Origin: Acidimicrobiia bacterium
GTDB lineage: Bacteria > Actinomycetota > Acidimicrobiia > Spongiisociales > UBA11373
Length of the DNA stretch: 64,000 nt
Direction: 5' to 3'
NCBI GenBank assembly: GCA_029263095.1
Contig: JAJCYA010000002.1
Location: 32,511-96,510, forward strand
Below, piece by piece: positions 48,456-57,758 of this stretch. The position numbers and the translations under genes were made by a program. A model generated the notes under the pieces. It worked only from the letters and a program-made list of their open reading frames with translations, was not told where the DNA came from and made no database searches. Numbering within the stretch: the first letter of the stretch is position 1; every line of letters starts with the position of its first letter.

Positions 48456-50315
48456 TTAGAGGTCGACCCGGTACCACTGCTCAATGTTCCAGGTGTCACC
48501 GGCCTGAGATGGGTTGTGCTTGTAGCCACCCAACTCGTCGGCCCAGACGGCCCCGGGGTCGAGACGTGCATAGAGCGGAATGATCACGACCTGGTCGGCC
48601 AGGATCTGCTCCGCCTCATGAATGATCTCCGTCAGTTCGTCCACGTCCACGGTCGAGTTCATGTCGTCCCGTAGCACGGCGAACCGGGCGGTGTTGTCGT
48701 CGATGACCGACGACGCGCCCTGGTTGAAGCCCTCCGGGTCAGCACCCTCCACTGCGGCAGTGCCCCAGCGGTAGAAGTTCTGGCCGTCCGGCGGTGCGCC
48801 CTCAGGATCGAAGATGTCGTGAATGCTCACGAGACCTGCGAATCCAGGCGTACCAACCCAGGCCCACTCGCCGAGATCCCAGTTACCAAAGTCGAGGGTC
48901 TCGCCGAAGAACAGCGAAGAATCCTCGAGCTGGTTCTCGTAGACAATGCCCGCATCGGCGAACATCTCGACGAACAGCTGCGACAACGTCACACGGGCGT
49001 CGTTGTTCGAAGTGGTCGAGAAGATCGTCGAAACCGGGTTGGCATCGCAATCGGTGTCGTCGCGGGCGCAAAGGTCCGCAACGAGCGCGATAGCGGTGTC
49101 AGGGTTGTAGTCGTACTGATCCCAAGCACCGAGCGAAAGCGTCGGGCTGAAGGCGTCCACGTACGAGCTCATCGGCTCGACCTGGCCCTTGAGGATCTCG
49201 TCCACAATCTTGGTCTTGTCGATGGTGTGAGCCACGGCTTGGCGGTACTCGAGGAACTCGTTGTACGAGCCCGCGTTCCGCACCAGCCGGTTGTCACCGA
49301 ACTGGAAGTTCAAGTGCTCCCAAATCGGACCCGACAGGACCTCCACCGAAGCGCCTTCACTCTCGAGGGTCTGAAGATCCTCGATCGTTTCAATGCTCGG
49401 CGGCGGATTGATGACGTCGACCTCACGTGCCTTGAACGAGTTGATCAGGGCTGCGGTCTCGGGAATGAACCGGAAGATGACGGAATCGAGGAAAGGCAGC
49501 TGCTGCCCGGTCTCGGCATCGGTCTTCCAGTAGTTCGCGTTACGCGTCAGGCGAATGAACTCGCCCTTCTGCCACTGATCGAATTCGAACGGACCACCCG
49601 ACACCCACATGGTGTCGTTCCAGTCGTTGATGAAGTCCGAACCCTCCACATCGTGCTTCGGAATCAGGAAGCCGAAGATCAGCTCAGCCTGAACGGTCGG
49701 AGCAGTGAGGGTGAATTCGAATGTCTTGGGGCCTGCCACAACAGTCGCCGGATCAATGTCTTCGTAGACGGTCCGGGTGATCGGCAGATCGGGATCCATG
49801 ATCGTGTTGTACGTGAACTCGAAGTCATCCCCAGAAATGGGGGTGCCATCGGCCCACACAGCCTCATCAAGAATCGTGTACCGAATGGTCTCGGTACCGT
49901 CTGCATTGATCGAAATTCCGCCGTTGGCCACGGTCGGGAGCTCCGTCACGACTTCCGGGATCAACTCGAGGGTGAACCCATCGATGTCCTGGACGCCGGT
50001 CCAATACCCATTGCCCACGATCGAAACGATGAAGTTGTCACCGCCCGGTGCGAAGGTGTTGAGCGTCGGAGGCTCCTGGTCACTGGCAACGATCGCCTCA
50101 CCACCGTAAGGCTTGCCCGTGGGGGCGGCCTCAGTGGTGGTAGGAGCGGCGGCTGTCGTGGTCGGCGCTGCAGTGGTAGTGGTCGTCGCTGCCGGTGCTG
50201 AAGTCGTTCCCGTCGTCTCTGCCGTGTCGTCGTCACCGCAAGCGGCCACGACGAGGACAAATGCGAGGAGAAGACCCAGCCACGTCAAGCTACGACGTTG
50301 CCACAGGTGCTTCAA
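48456..50315 (-). CDS. oppA: Peptide ABC transporter substrate-binding lipoprotein (SBP family 5, OppA-like)
   Basis: Lipobox VVAACGDD, a Thr/Ala-rich linker, and family-5 SBP length and motifs. Confidence 0.85.
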   Translation of the reverse strand: MKHLWQRRSLTWLGLLLAFVLVVAACGDDDTAETTGTTSAPAATTTTTAAPTTTAAAPTTTEAAPTGKPYGGEAIVASDQEPPTLNTFAPGGDNFIVSIVGNGYWTGVQDIDGFTLELIPEVVTELPTVANGGISINADGTETIRYTILDEAVWADGTPISGDDFEFTYNTIMDPDLPITRTVYEDIDPATVVAGPKTFEFTLTAPTVQAELIFGFLIPKHDVEGSDFINDWNDTMWVSGGPFEFDQWQKGEFIRLTRNANYWKTDAETGQQLPFLDSVIFRFIPETAALINSFKAREVDVINPPPSIETIEDLQTLESEGASVEVLSGPIWEHLNFQFGDNRLVRNAGSYNEFLEYRQAVAHTIDKTKIVDEILKGQVEPMSSYVDAFSPTLSLGAWDQYDYNPDTAIALVADLCARDDTDCDANPVSTIFSTTSNNDARVTLSQLFVEMFADAGIVYENQLEDSSLFFGETLDFGNWDLGEWAWVGTPGFAGLVSIHDIFDPEGAPPDGQNFYRWGTAAVEGADPEGFNQGASSVIDDNTARFAVLRDDMNSTVDVDELTEIIHEAEQILADQVVIIPLYARLDPGAVWADELGGYKHNPSQAGDTWNIEQWYRVDL

Positions 50316-50370
50316 GCGCTTTCCTCCTTGTCGATTAACAATGGGACTCGCGGCGAACCTCCGAAGAGGT

Positions 50371-50607
50371 TCAGTCGAGAACCCACGCCAGAGCGAGGGT
50401 TGTGATCGCGAACATCACTGCCACGGCCACAGTCAGCCTGTCAAGGTTGCGCTCGGCCACCGTGGATCCACCAAGGTTCCCCAGTGGGCCCATGCCGCCG
50501 CCGAAGGCGTCGGCCAGCCCCCCGCCCTTTCCCGCATGAAGCAGGATGAGCGAGATCAGCCCAAGTGACATGACCAAATGAACCGCGACGAGAATGCCAG
50601 CGATCAA
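50371..50607 (-). CDS. secG: Preprotein translocase subunit SecG
   Basis: LISLILLHAGKGGGLADAFGGG is the canonical SecG glycine-rich loop between two TM helices. Confidence 0.8.
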   Translation of the reverse strand: MIAGILVAVHLVMSLGLISLILLHAGKGGGLADAFGGGMGPLGNLGGSTVAERNLDRLTVAVAVMFAITTLALAWVLD

Positions 50608-50722
50608 GACGAGTCCCTTTCATTGGCCGGCCCGCTCACAATGCAGGCCGATCGATCGGGAAGTATGGGCGACCCGAGCGCCATTGGCAAGTCACAATGC
50701 CGGCCGGAAGGGCCATGTTTAT

Positions 50723-50750
50723 GCGTGCGTTATGTAGCGTTATACGCACG
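50723..50750 (-). promoter_or_regulatory. AT-rich inverted repeat immediately after the gpmA stop and upstream of secG
   Basis: CGTGCGT-N13-ACGCACG with flanking GTTATG direct repeats. It is an unusual low-GC patch in a 68% GC genome. Confidence 0.3.
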
Positions 50751-51530
50751 TTATGTTGCCGGTGTCTCGGATTCGGCGTCGGAACCCGCACTCCCCTGCG
50801 CCGCCACCGCTGCGGTCGCCGCCGAGATCGCAGCCGGATCGCCCAGATACTCAGATCCGAGAGCCTCGAGGTTGGCATCGAGCGTGTAGATGAGCGGTAC
50901 GCCGGTCGGAATGTTGAGCAGCGGGATCTCCTCGTCACTGATGCCGTCGAGATGCTTGACCAGGGCGCGCAACGAGTTGCCGTGAGCAGAAACGATCGGC
51001 GTTCTGCCGACGCGCAGCTCGGGAACGATGGCGTCGTGCCAATACGGGAGCATGCGTGCCACCACATCGGCGAGACTCTCACTGGCGGGGAGCAGGTCGC
51101 CGGGAAGCGCCGAATAGCGGGGGTCATGGCTGGGGTGGCGTTCATCGGTCACTTCGAGTGGCGGCGGGGGTACGTCGTAGGAGCGCCTCCAGACATGTAC
51201 CTGCGCCTCCCCATGCTCGGCAGCCGTCTCCGCCTTGTTGAGGCCCTGGAGAGCCCCATAGTGTCGCTCGTTGAGCCTCCAGGACCGTTGCACGGGGATC
51301 CACAACCTCGCCATGACCTCCAATGCCTCCTGGAGGGTGAGGATCGAGCGGATCTGAACGGACGTGTGGGCGGTGTCCGGTTCGACGCCCGCTTCCACCA
51401 GAGCCGATCCGGCGTCTCGAGCCTCAGCCACGCCCCTTTCAGTCAGGCCAATATCTGTCCAACCCGTGAATCGGTTGTCCAGGTTCCACTGGCTTTCGCC
51501 GTGACGAAGCAGTACGAGCGTGTGGCTCAT
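50751..51530 (-). CDS. gpmA: 2,3-bisphosphoglycerate-dependent phosphoglycerate mutase
   Basis: [12 protein letters not shown] (active-site His), RSW, HGNSLR. The probable start is at MSHTLVLL; the ORF extends to 51551. Confidence 0.9.
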   Translation of the reverse strand: MSHTLVLLRHGESQWNLDNRFTGWTDIGLTERGVAEARDAGSALVEAGVEPDTAHTSVQIRSILTLQEALEVMARLWIPVQRSWRLNERHYGALQGLNKAETAAEHGEAQVHVWRRSYDVPPPPLEVTDERHPSHDPRYSALPGDLLPASESLADVVARMLPYWHDAIVPELRVGRTPIVSAHGNSLRALVKHLDGISDEEIPLLNIPTGVPLIYTLDANLEALGSEYLGDPAAISAATAAVAAQGSAGSDAESETPAT

Positions 51531-51635
51531 CTGCGCCACGGTAGCCAACACGTGACGAGCTCAGACTCTGGACATCGCACCGCTGAGATCGGCGACTCCC
51601 CAGCCACTGCCGAGAGCGAGCGCAGCGACCCCCAG

Positions 51636-53405
51636 CTACTCCGTCGGAACCCTCCAGACATCCACATTCCACAGTGGTCCTTGTACAGGATTCACCGCGA
51701 TTCCCGACACCGCGCTGGGCCAGTACCCGACACCGACTTCGCCGGCGAGGATCAGCGGCAGGATCACGACCTGATCGGCAAGGATCCCCTCGGCCTCTAC
51801 CAACAGCTCGCGGATCTCCCCAGGTTGGGCGACCCGATTTAGTTCATCGATGATCTGGCCGTAGCGCTCGGTGGCCTCGTCGATCACCACGCTGTCTACC
51901 GTCCCCCAACGGAAGTAGTTGTCACCGACGAACGGAAGCCCGGCGGGGTCGAACAGGCGCATGAAGTCGGCGGCTGCTCCCAGCCCTGATCCGGCGCCAA
52001 GGCGCCAGGCAGAAACATCCCAGGTGCCATCGTCGAGGGTCGTCCCGAAGAACAGAGATGCATCCTCCAACTGCAGCTCAGCGTCGAAACCGGCGTCTCG
52101 CAGCATCGTGACGAGATCGCCGCCGAGGGCAATGGCGGCAGCATCTTCGCCCGGTACCGTCAGAAGCATCGGCGGTCTGTCGGTCTCCAACACCTCAGCC
52201 ACCGACGCCAGATCCAAGTCGTATGCGGCAAATGGCTGGTCGCCGAGGCCGGGGACAAACCGGTCGAGAATCGAATCTGCCACTGCGGTGCCCCGTTCCT
52301 CCGCCAAGGAATCGCGATCGATCGCATGAGCAACGGCGCGGCGAAAGCTCGTCGAATCGTTCAGCGAGTCGACGTTGCGGTTGGCGGGACCGAACTGGAA
52401 GTTGAGGTGTTCCCACTCGCCGCTGGGAGCCACCTGGATCACGACCCCTGCGGCGGCGGCACCAGAGAACTCCTCGGTGCGAGCCTCGGCGCGGTCGAAC
52501 ACCGCCAGATCGACTTCCCCCCGCTCCAAGCCGTCCACCAGGCGTGGATCGATCGACAGGCCCGGTTCGTAGAACCGAACAACGATCCGGTCCAGAAACG
52601 GGAGTGGGGCCCCTTCAGCCTGAGTCACCTTCCAATAGCTCTCATTGCGAGACATTTCGATGAACTGGCCCGGCTGCCAATCACTCAGCGTGAAGGGCCC
52701 GCCCGATACCCAGGCCTCGTCAGTCCAGTCTCTGGCGAAATCGGATGCTTCCACTGCGTGCCGCGGCACGATGATGGAGAAGAGATCAACCGGGTCCGTC
52801 CCCGCCCTCATTCGGAACGACAGCTTCCGACCGTCCGCCCGTGGAGATCCCGGTACCACGGCCGAGTACAGATCGGCCACGTCGGCTCGGATCGGGAGTG
52901 CCGGATCGATTGCCAACCGATATGTGAATTCCAGGTCGCCTCCGGTGATCGGCATCCCGTCGGCCCACCGTGCACCCTCCACGATCTCGACCGTTACGTC
53001 GAGCGTGCCGTCTTCGTTGTCGATGATCGTCCCCGCTTCGAAGGAGGGAACCTCGACGAAGGCGTCGGGTATCCGGCTACCTGTCTCGGGGTCAACGTCG
53101 TAACCCTGGACAAACAACGCGGGAGCGAGAAGATCGAGCACTGCCGCATCCGTGCCCTCGAGGAACGGGTTGAGTGTGCGAGGAGCGCCGCCGTCGGCGA
53201 TTCCAACGACCAGAGTGCCCCCGTACGCTGAGGATCGCGCAGTGGTGGAGGTCACCGGGTCGCCCACAGATCCAATGGTTGTTGCAGCACCGGTCGTCGG
53301 CGGGGCGGGCTCGACACCTTGAGCCCCGACGCAGGCGGAAGCCCCCAACACAACGACGAGGGACATCGCCGAGAGACGAGGGCGCGGTCGTACCAAGAGC
53401 TTCAT
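51636..53405 (-). CDS. Second family-5 substrate-binding lipoprotein (orphan, with no adjacent permeases)
   Basis: Lipobox VVLGASACVG. Paralogous to OppA in length and motif spacing. Confidence 0.75.
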   Translation of the reverse strand: MKLLVRPRPRLSAMSLVVVLGASACVGAQGVEPAPPTTGAATTIGSVGDPVTSTTARSSAYGGTLVVGIADGGAPRTLNPFLEGTDAAVLDLLAPALFVQGYDVDPETGSRIPDAFVEVPSFEAGTIIDNEDGTLDVTVEIVEGARWADGMPITGGDLEFTYRLAIDPALPIRADVADLYSAVVPGSPRADGRKLSFRMRAGTDPVDLFSIIVPRHAVEASDFARDWTDEAWVSGGPFTLSDWQPGQFIEMSRNESYWKVTQAEGAPLPFLDRIVVRFYEPGLSIDPRLVDGLERGEVDLAVFDRAEARTEEFSGAAAAGVVIQVAPSGEWEHLNFQFGPANRNVDSLNDSTSFRRAVAHAIDRDSLAEERGTAVADSILDRFVPGLGDQPFAAYDLDLASVAEVLETDRPPMLLTVPGEDAAAIALGGDLVTMLRDAGFDAELQLEDASLFFGTTLDDGTWDVSAWRLGAGSGLGAAADFMRLFDPAGLPFVGDNYFRWGTVDSVVIDEATERYGQIIDELNRVAQPGEIRELLVEAEGILADQVVILPLILAGEVGVGYWPSAVSGIAVNPVQGPLWNVDVWRVPTE

Positions 53406-53455
53406 CAGGGAGTCATCGGCGCGCTACGGCGCCGTCGTGAGAACTCGTTCGGTGC

Positions 53456-54226
53456 TCAGACCCAGAAACGCACGACGGCAGCAAACTGATCGGGATCGAG
53501 CGAGGCACCGCCGACCAACGCACCATCGATATCGCGCTTGGCCATGAACGCCGCAATGTTCCCCGGATTGACCGAGCCGCCGTAGAGGATCCTCACCGCG
53601 GCCCCTGCACCGTCTCCGTGCGAATCTGCAATCTCCGCCCGTAGGACGCCGACGGACTCTGCGGCGGTGTCGGGATCGGCGGTTCGACCGGTTCCAATCG
53701 CCCACACCGGCTCATATGCGACGACGCTGCGAGCCACGACATCGGGCTCGATTCCCTTGAGACCCGCCCTCAGTTGCGATGTGATGACGGCACTGGTCTC
53801 ACCGGCTTCGCGTTGCTCGAGGCTCTCTCCAACCGCCACGATCGGTGTCAAACCGCCCTCGAGGACCGCTCCGGCCTTCTTGCCTACATCAGCTTCGCTA
53901 TCCCCAAAGATCGCACGGCGTTCCGAGTGGCCCACGATCACGTAGCGCACGCCAAGGGCGGCAAGCATGGGAACCGACACCGCCCCCGTAAACGCGCCTT
54001 GACCCCGCCAATCGACGTCCTGGGCCCCCAGAGCGATCGGGAGATGGTCCGTCTCGATCACCGTCTGGACCGAACGCAAAGAGGTAAACGGCGGACAAAC
54101 TGCAACATCGACCCGCTCGTAGTCCGCGATATCGAGCCGATAGGAGAGCTTCTGCACCATCTGGATGGCTTCCAGATGGGTGGCATGCATCTTCCAGTTC
54201 CCTGCGATGAGTGGTTTACGCCCCAC
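53456..54226 (-). CDS. tpiA: Triosephosphate isomerase
   Basis: IAGNWKMH, VGHSERR and YGGSV motifs. Confidence 0.92.
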   Translation of the reverse strand: MGRKPLIAGNWKMHATHLEAIQMVQKLSYRLDIADYERVDVAVCPPFTSLRSVQTVIETDHLPIALGAQDVDWRGQGAFTGAVSVPMLAALGVRYVIVGHSERRAIFGDSEADVGKKAGAVLEGGLTPIVAVGESLEQREAGETSAVITSQLRAGLKGIEPDVVARSVVAYEPVWAIGTGRTADPDTAAESVGVLRAEIADSHGDGAGAAVRILYGGSVNPGNIAAFMAKRDIDGALVGGASLDPDQFAAVVRFWV

Positions 54227-55397
54227 GAGATCTCCTCACTGCCTCGACTGCGACCAGCGTTCCGTCTTCGATCAATTCCAGACCCGCTCCTCCGCCGGTG
54301 GACAGGTGGTCCACCCGCTCATGGAGCCCCATCCTGCGTAGCGCCGCGACGCTGTCCCCGCCGCCGGCCACCGAGTACGCAGAGGAGGCGGTGACGGCGG
54401 CTGCGACCGTCCGGGTGCCGTGAGCAAACGCCTCCCACTCAGAGACGCCCATCGGCCCATTCCAAAAGATTGTGTCCGCCCCACTCAGCATTGCGCCGAA
54501 CCGTTCCGCGGTCTCGGGGCCGATGTCGAGGCCCATGCCGGACGAAGGAAGATCGGCCGCCGGATGGATCGCATGCGGCGCATCGGACGCGAAGTGGTCT
54601 GCCACCACGATGTCGACCGGCAGGCTGATCCGGGAGCCGTACTCGGATTGCAGCACATCGCGGACGTCATCAACCATGTCCACTTCGACGAGGCTGTCCC
54701 CTACCTGGAATCCTTCGGCGGCAAGCAATGTGAAGCACATGGCTCCACCGATCATCATCACATCGACCTTGGGGAGCAGTGCCCGGATCACGCCGAGCTT
54801 GTCGGACACCTTGGCACCACCGAGCAACACAACGAATGGGCGGGCCGGATCACCGAGGACACGACCGAATGCAGCCAATTCGTCGGCCATGAGGAGACCG
54901 ACCGCTGATGGCAATCGCTCGGCCACGCCGACTGTTGAAGCGTGGGCGCGATGCGCGGAGCCGAATGCGTCCAATACGAAGAGGTCTGCCAACTCGGCGA
55001 GGGCTCGAGCAGTGTCCGGAGAGTTCGAGGTCTCGCCCGGTTCGAATCTGGTGTTCTCCAGAACGATCACGCGGTCGCCGCCTTCTTCCACCAACCGGCG
55101 ACTATCCACTCCAGCGACGTCGGATGCCGTGACTACATCAAAGTCGCCCAACTCCTGCAGCCGGGCTCCCACCGGGCTCATGGACAGGGCAGCATCATGA
55201 CCATGAGGGCGCCCCAGATGGCTACAGACCACCACGGAGGCGCCCCCGCGACGGAGCGCATGGATGGTCGAAAGCGACGCCCCGATCCGGTAGTCGTCTA
55301 CGACCAGCCCGCCCTGCAAAGGTACGTTGAGATCGGCGCGCACCAGCACCGTCGCACCGGCGAGATCCAGATCGGCAATTGTTCTGAGGTCAGTCAT
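54216..55397 (-). CDS. pgk: Phosphoglycerate kinase
   Basis: RADLNVP...ASHLGRP...GGGA..LE motifs. Confidence 0.92.
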   Translation of the reverse strand: MTDLRTIADLDLAGATVLVRADLNVPLQGGLVVDDYRIGASLSTIHALRRGGASVVVCSHLGRPHGHDAALSMSPVGARLQELGDFDVVTASDVAGVDSRRLVEEGGDRVIVLENTRFEPGETSNSPDTARALAELADLFVLDAFGSAHRAHASTVGVAERLPSAVGLLMADELAAFGRVLGDPARPFVVLLGGAKVSDKLGVIRALLPKVDVMMIGGAMCFTLLAAEGFQVGDSLVEVDMVDDVRDVLQSEYGSRISLPVDIVVADHFASDAPHAIHPAADLPSSGMGLDIGPETAERFGAMLSGADTIFWNGPMGVSEWEAFAHGTRTVAAAVTASSAYSVAGGGDSVAALRRMGLHERVDHLSTGGGAGLELIEDGTLVAVEAVRRSRGA

Positions 55398-55448
55398 GAG
55401 GAGTAGTTCACGCTAGACGTCCGCGGATCGGTCCGGACCGGTGGTCAC

Positions 55449-56423
55449 TCAGGCGACCCCTAGGCGTCGCATCACCGCCCCCAGCCGAGCCGGATCATGA
55501 GCCGGCCAGTCGGAGCCGTCGCGAGCAATGTCGCCCAGTTCCAGCCGGATTCCGGTCTCGGCCACCTGGCGCACGTCCAATTCGATCCGTTCTAGACCGT
55601 CGGGCACAGCAAGCGGACCGTCGTGGGAGACGACCACATCGGGCGCCCTGATTCCGGCAATTCCGACCAGCGCCTCGAGATGCTCAATACCGCTCATTCC
55701 CAGAGTCTCGCCGTCCTGACTGGTGAGGTTGCACACATAGATGAGCGCAGCCTTGGAATCGTTGACGGCCTCTGCCATCTCACCAACTTTTAGTGGAGCG
55801 ATTACGGATGTGAAGAGGCTCCCAGGGCCGAGCACGATCTGATCCGCGGCGGCGACAGCTTCCAGGGCCCTCCGGCTGGCGGCGACATCTGGAACCACCC
55901 TGAGATCGGCGATCATCCCTCGCGACAGGGCGATCGCAACCTGGCCCTTGACGACCGCTCCATCCACGTTCGCCTCCAGGTCGAGGCGCTCCTCAGCGAC
56001 CGGAACCACCGCCCCCCTGGTTCCCAGCAAGCGTCCCACCGTGTTGACAGCATCGGAAAACCCTCCACCGAGATCCGACATGGCGGCCAGTATCAGGTTC
56101 CCGAGGCTGTGACCGGCGACGTCCGAATCCGCAAAGCGGTACTCGATCAACGAACGCCACAGTGAGGGTTGGTCGGTCAGAGCGAGGAGGGAGCGTCGAA
56201 TGTCGCCCGGGGGCGGAATGTCGAGCCCCGGAGCAATCCGTCCCGACGACCCGCCGTCGTCGGCGACGGTGACGATCGCCGTCACGGCATCGGCGTAATC
56301 CAAGATCGCTCGCAATGCGGCTGATAGGCCATGACCGCCCCCAATCGCGGCGACTTGCAGACCGTCGTAATCCTCCTCCAGCTGCTGGAGTAACGGCTCC
56401 ACGAGAAGGTCGGTCTCGCTCAC
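55449..56423 (-). CDS. YvcK/CuvA gluconeogenesis-factor family (CofD-like, UPF0052)
   Basis: IGGGHGL...GPGSLFTS motifs. Located between rapZ and pgk. Confidence 0.8.
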   Translation of the reverse strand: MSETDLLVEPLLQQLEEDYDGLQVAAIGGGHGLSAALRAILDYADAVTAIVTVADDGGSSGRIAPGLDIPPPGDIRRSLLALTDQPSLWRSLIEYRFADSDVAGHSLGNLILAAMSDLGGGFSDAVNTVGRLLGTRGAVVPVAEERLDLEANVDGAVVKGQVAIALSRGMIADLRVVPDVAASRRALEAVAAADQIVLGPGSLFTSVIAPLKVGEMAEAVNDSKAALIYVCNLTSQDGETLGMSGIEHLEALVGIAGIRAPDVVVSHDGPLAVPDGLERIELDVRQVAETGIRLELGDIARDGSDWPAHDPARLGAVMRRLGVA

Positions 56424-57286
56424 CGTTCTACGTCCCGATGTCTCGCTGTCACGTCAAGGTCCTCGAGTCCGACAAGGTACGAGGCGACGTGCTCTGCGAT
56501 GGCAACGGAACGGTGCCTCCCACCGGTGCAACCGATCCCGATCGTGAGGTACGACTTGCCCTCGCGTTGGTAGCGAGGCACCAGGAAGGCCAGCAGATCC
56601 TCCAGTCGCTCCAGGAACGCTCTTGTGTCCTCCTGCTCGAGAACGTGCCGGCGCACCGGCTCGTCGAGACCGGTGAGTGGCCGCAGCTTCTCGACCCAAT
56701 GGGGATTGGGGAGGAACCGAACGTCGAACACGAGATCGACCACTCTGGGAACCCCATTCTTGAAGCCGAACGACGTCACCGATACGCGCAACGGTCGCTG
56801 CTCCACCTCGCCTGCGAAGCTGGCCGTTATCAATTCGCGCAGTTCGTGCACGTTGAGTTCCGACGTGTCGACCATCTGATCGGCGCTGCGGTGGAGCCCC
56901 GACAGGGCCTCGCGCTCCTCGGCGATGGAATCTGCCACAGTCTCTGCCGGAACCGGATGCGGGCGACGCGTCTCGGCGAACCGGTTGACGAGGACGTCGT
57001 CATCGGCATCCAGGAACAGCGTGGTCGTGGGCACCCCATCGGCAGCGAGCCGTCGCATCACCAGGTCGAGATCGTCGAAGTCGAGGCCGCCGCGCGTGTC
57101 CACGACGACGGCCAGACGGGTATGCGCCCCTTCGGGGAGATCGGCACCTCCCACGACCTCCGAGATCAGTTCGGCAGGGAGATTGTCGATCACGAAGTAT
57201 CCGAGATCCTCCAGGGCCTTCGCCGCCTGTGATCTTCCGGCTCCGGCCATGCCCGTGATGATGACGAGATGGGGTCGCTCAACCAC
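56420..57286 (-). CDS. rapZ: RNase adapter protein RapZ (YvcJ), a P-loop NTPase
   Basis: VIITGMAGAGRSQAAKALEDLGYFVIDNLP. Confidence 0.85.
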   Translation of the reverse strand: MVERPHLVIITGMAGAGRSQAAKALEDLGYFVIDNLPAELISEVVGGADLPEGAHTRLAVVVDTRGGLDFDDLDLVMRRLAADGVPTTTLFLDADDDVLVNRFAETRRPHPVPAETVADSIAEEREALSGLHRSADQMVDTSELNVHELRELITASFAGEVEQRPLRVSVTSFGFKNGVPRVVDLVFDVRFLPNPHWVEKLRPLTGLDEPVRRHVLEQEDTRAFLERLEDLLAFLVPRYQREGKSYLTIGIGCTGGRHRSVAIAEHVASYLVGLEDLDVTARHRDVER

Positions 57287-57758
57287 CGTCGGCCTCCATA
57301 TCCAGCAATGCCTGCTTCATTGCCAGGCCACCTGCGTACCCACGGAGCGATCCGTCGGAACCGACGACCCGGTGACACGGGATCATCGGGGCGAAGCGAT
57401 TCTTGGCCATGGCTGCGCCGACCGCACGGGCCGCACCTGGTCGTCCGACGCGAGATGCGACCTGCGAATAGGTCATTGTCGTCCCGGCGGGAATCGCCGT
57501 CACGACTTGGTACACGGCTGTGTCGAATGCGGTGGCCGACGCCGGGACAATACACCCTTCTCCGGAAGGCCAACCCCCAGACCCATCGAAGTACCCGGCG
57601 AGTGCACCGGCCAACCGTTCGACTTCCGCCGGCGGCGCCGTCACGGTCCCATCCGGCTTCGGGAGGCCGGGAAGCACCAGCCGGTCGATCGCACCGGTAT
57701 CGTCCCACCCGATCCATCCCCTGCCGTGGCGAGTCTCATACGACGCCCACGACATCCC
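57279..57758 (-). CDS. ogt: Methylated-DNA-protein-cysteine methyltransferase (Ogt/MGMT)
   Basis: Active site IPCHRVVGSDGSLRGYAGG. The start is uncertain (ORF to 57800) and it overlaps the uvrC 3' end. Confidence 0.75.
   Translation of the reverse strand, partial: GMSWASYETRHGRGWIGWDDTGAIDRLVLPGLPKPDGTVTAPPAEVERLAGALAGYFDGSGGWPSGEGCIVPASATAFDTAVYQVVTAIPAGTTMTYSQVASRVGRPGAARAVGAAMAKNRFAPMIPCHRVVGSDGSLRGYAGGLAMKQALLDMEADGG

Noticed and set aside
48819-50201. 460-aa + strand ORF
   Set aside because: It is antisense to the oppA substrate-binding lipoprotein, and its Arg/Gly/Val-rich composition is typical of a GC-rich antisense frame.
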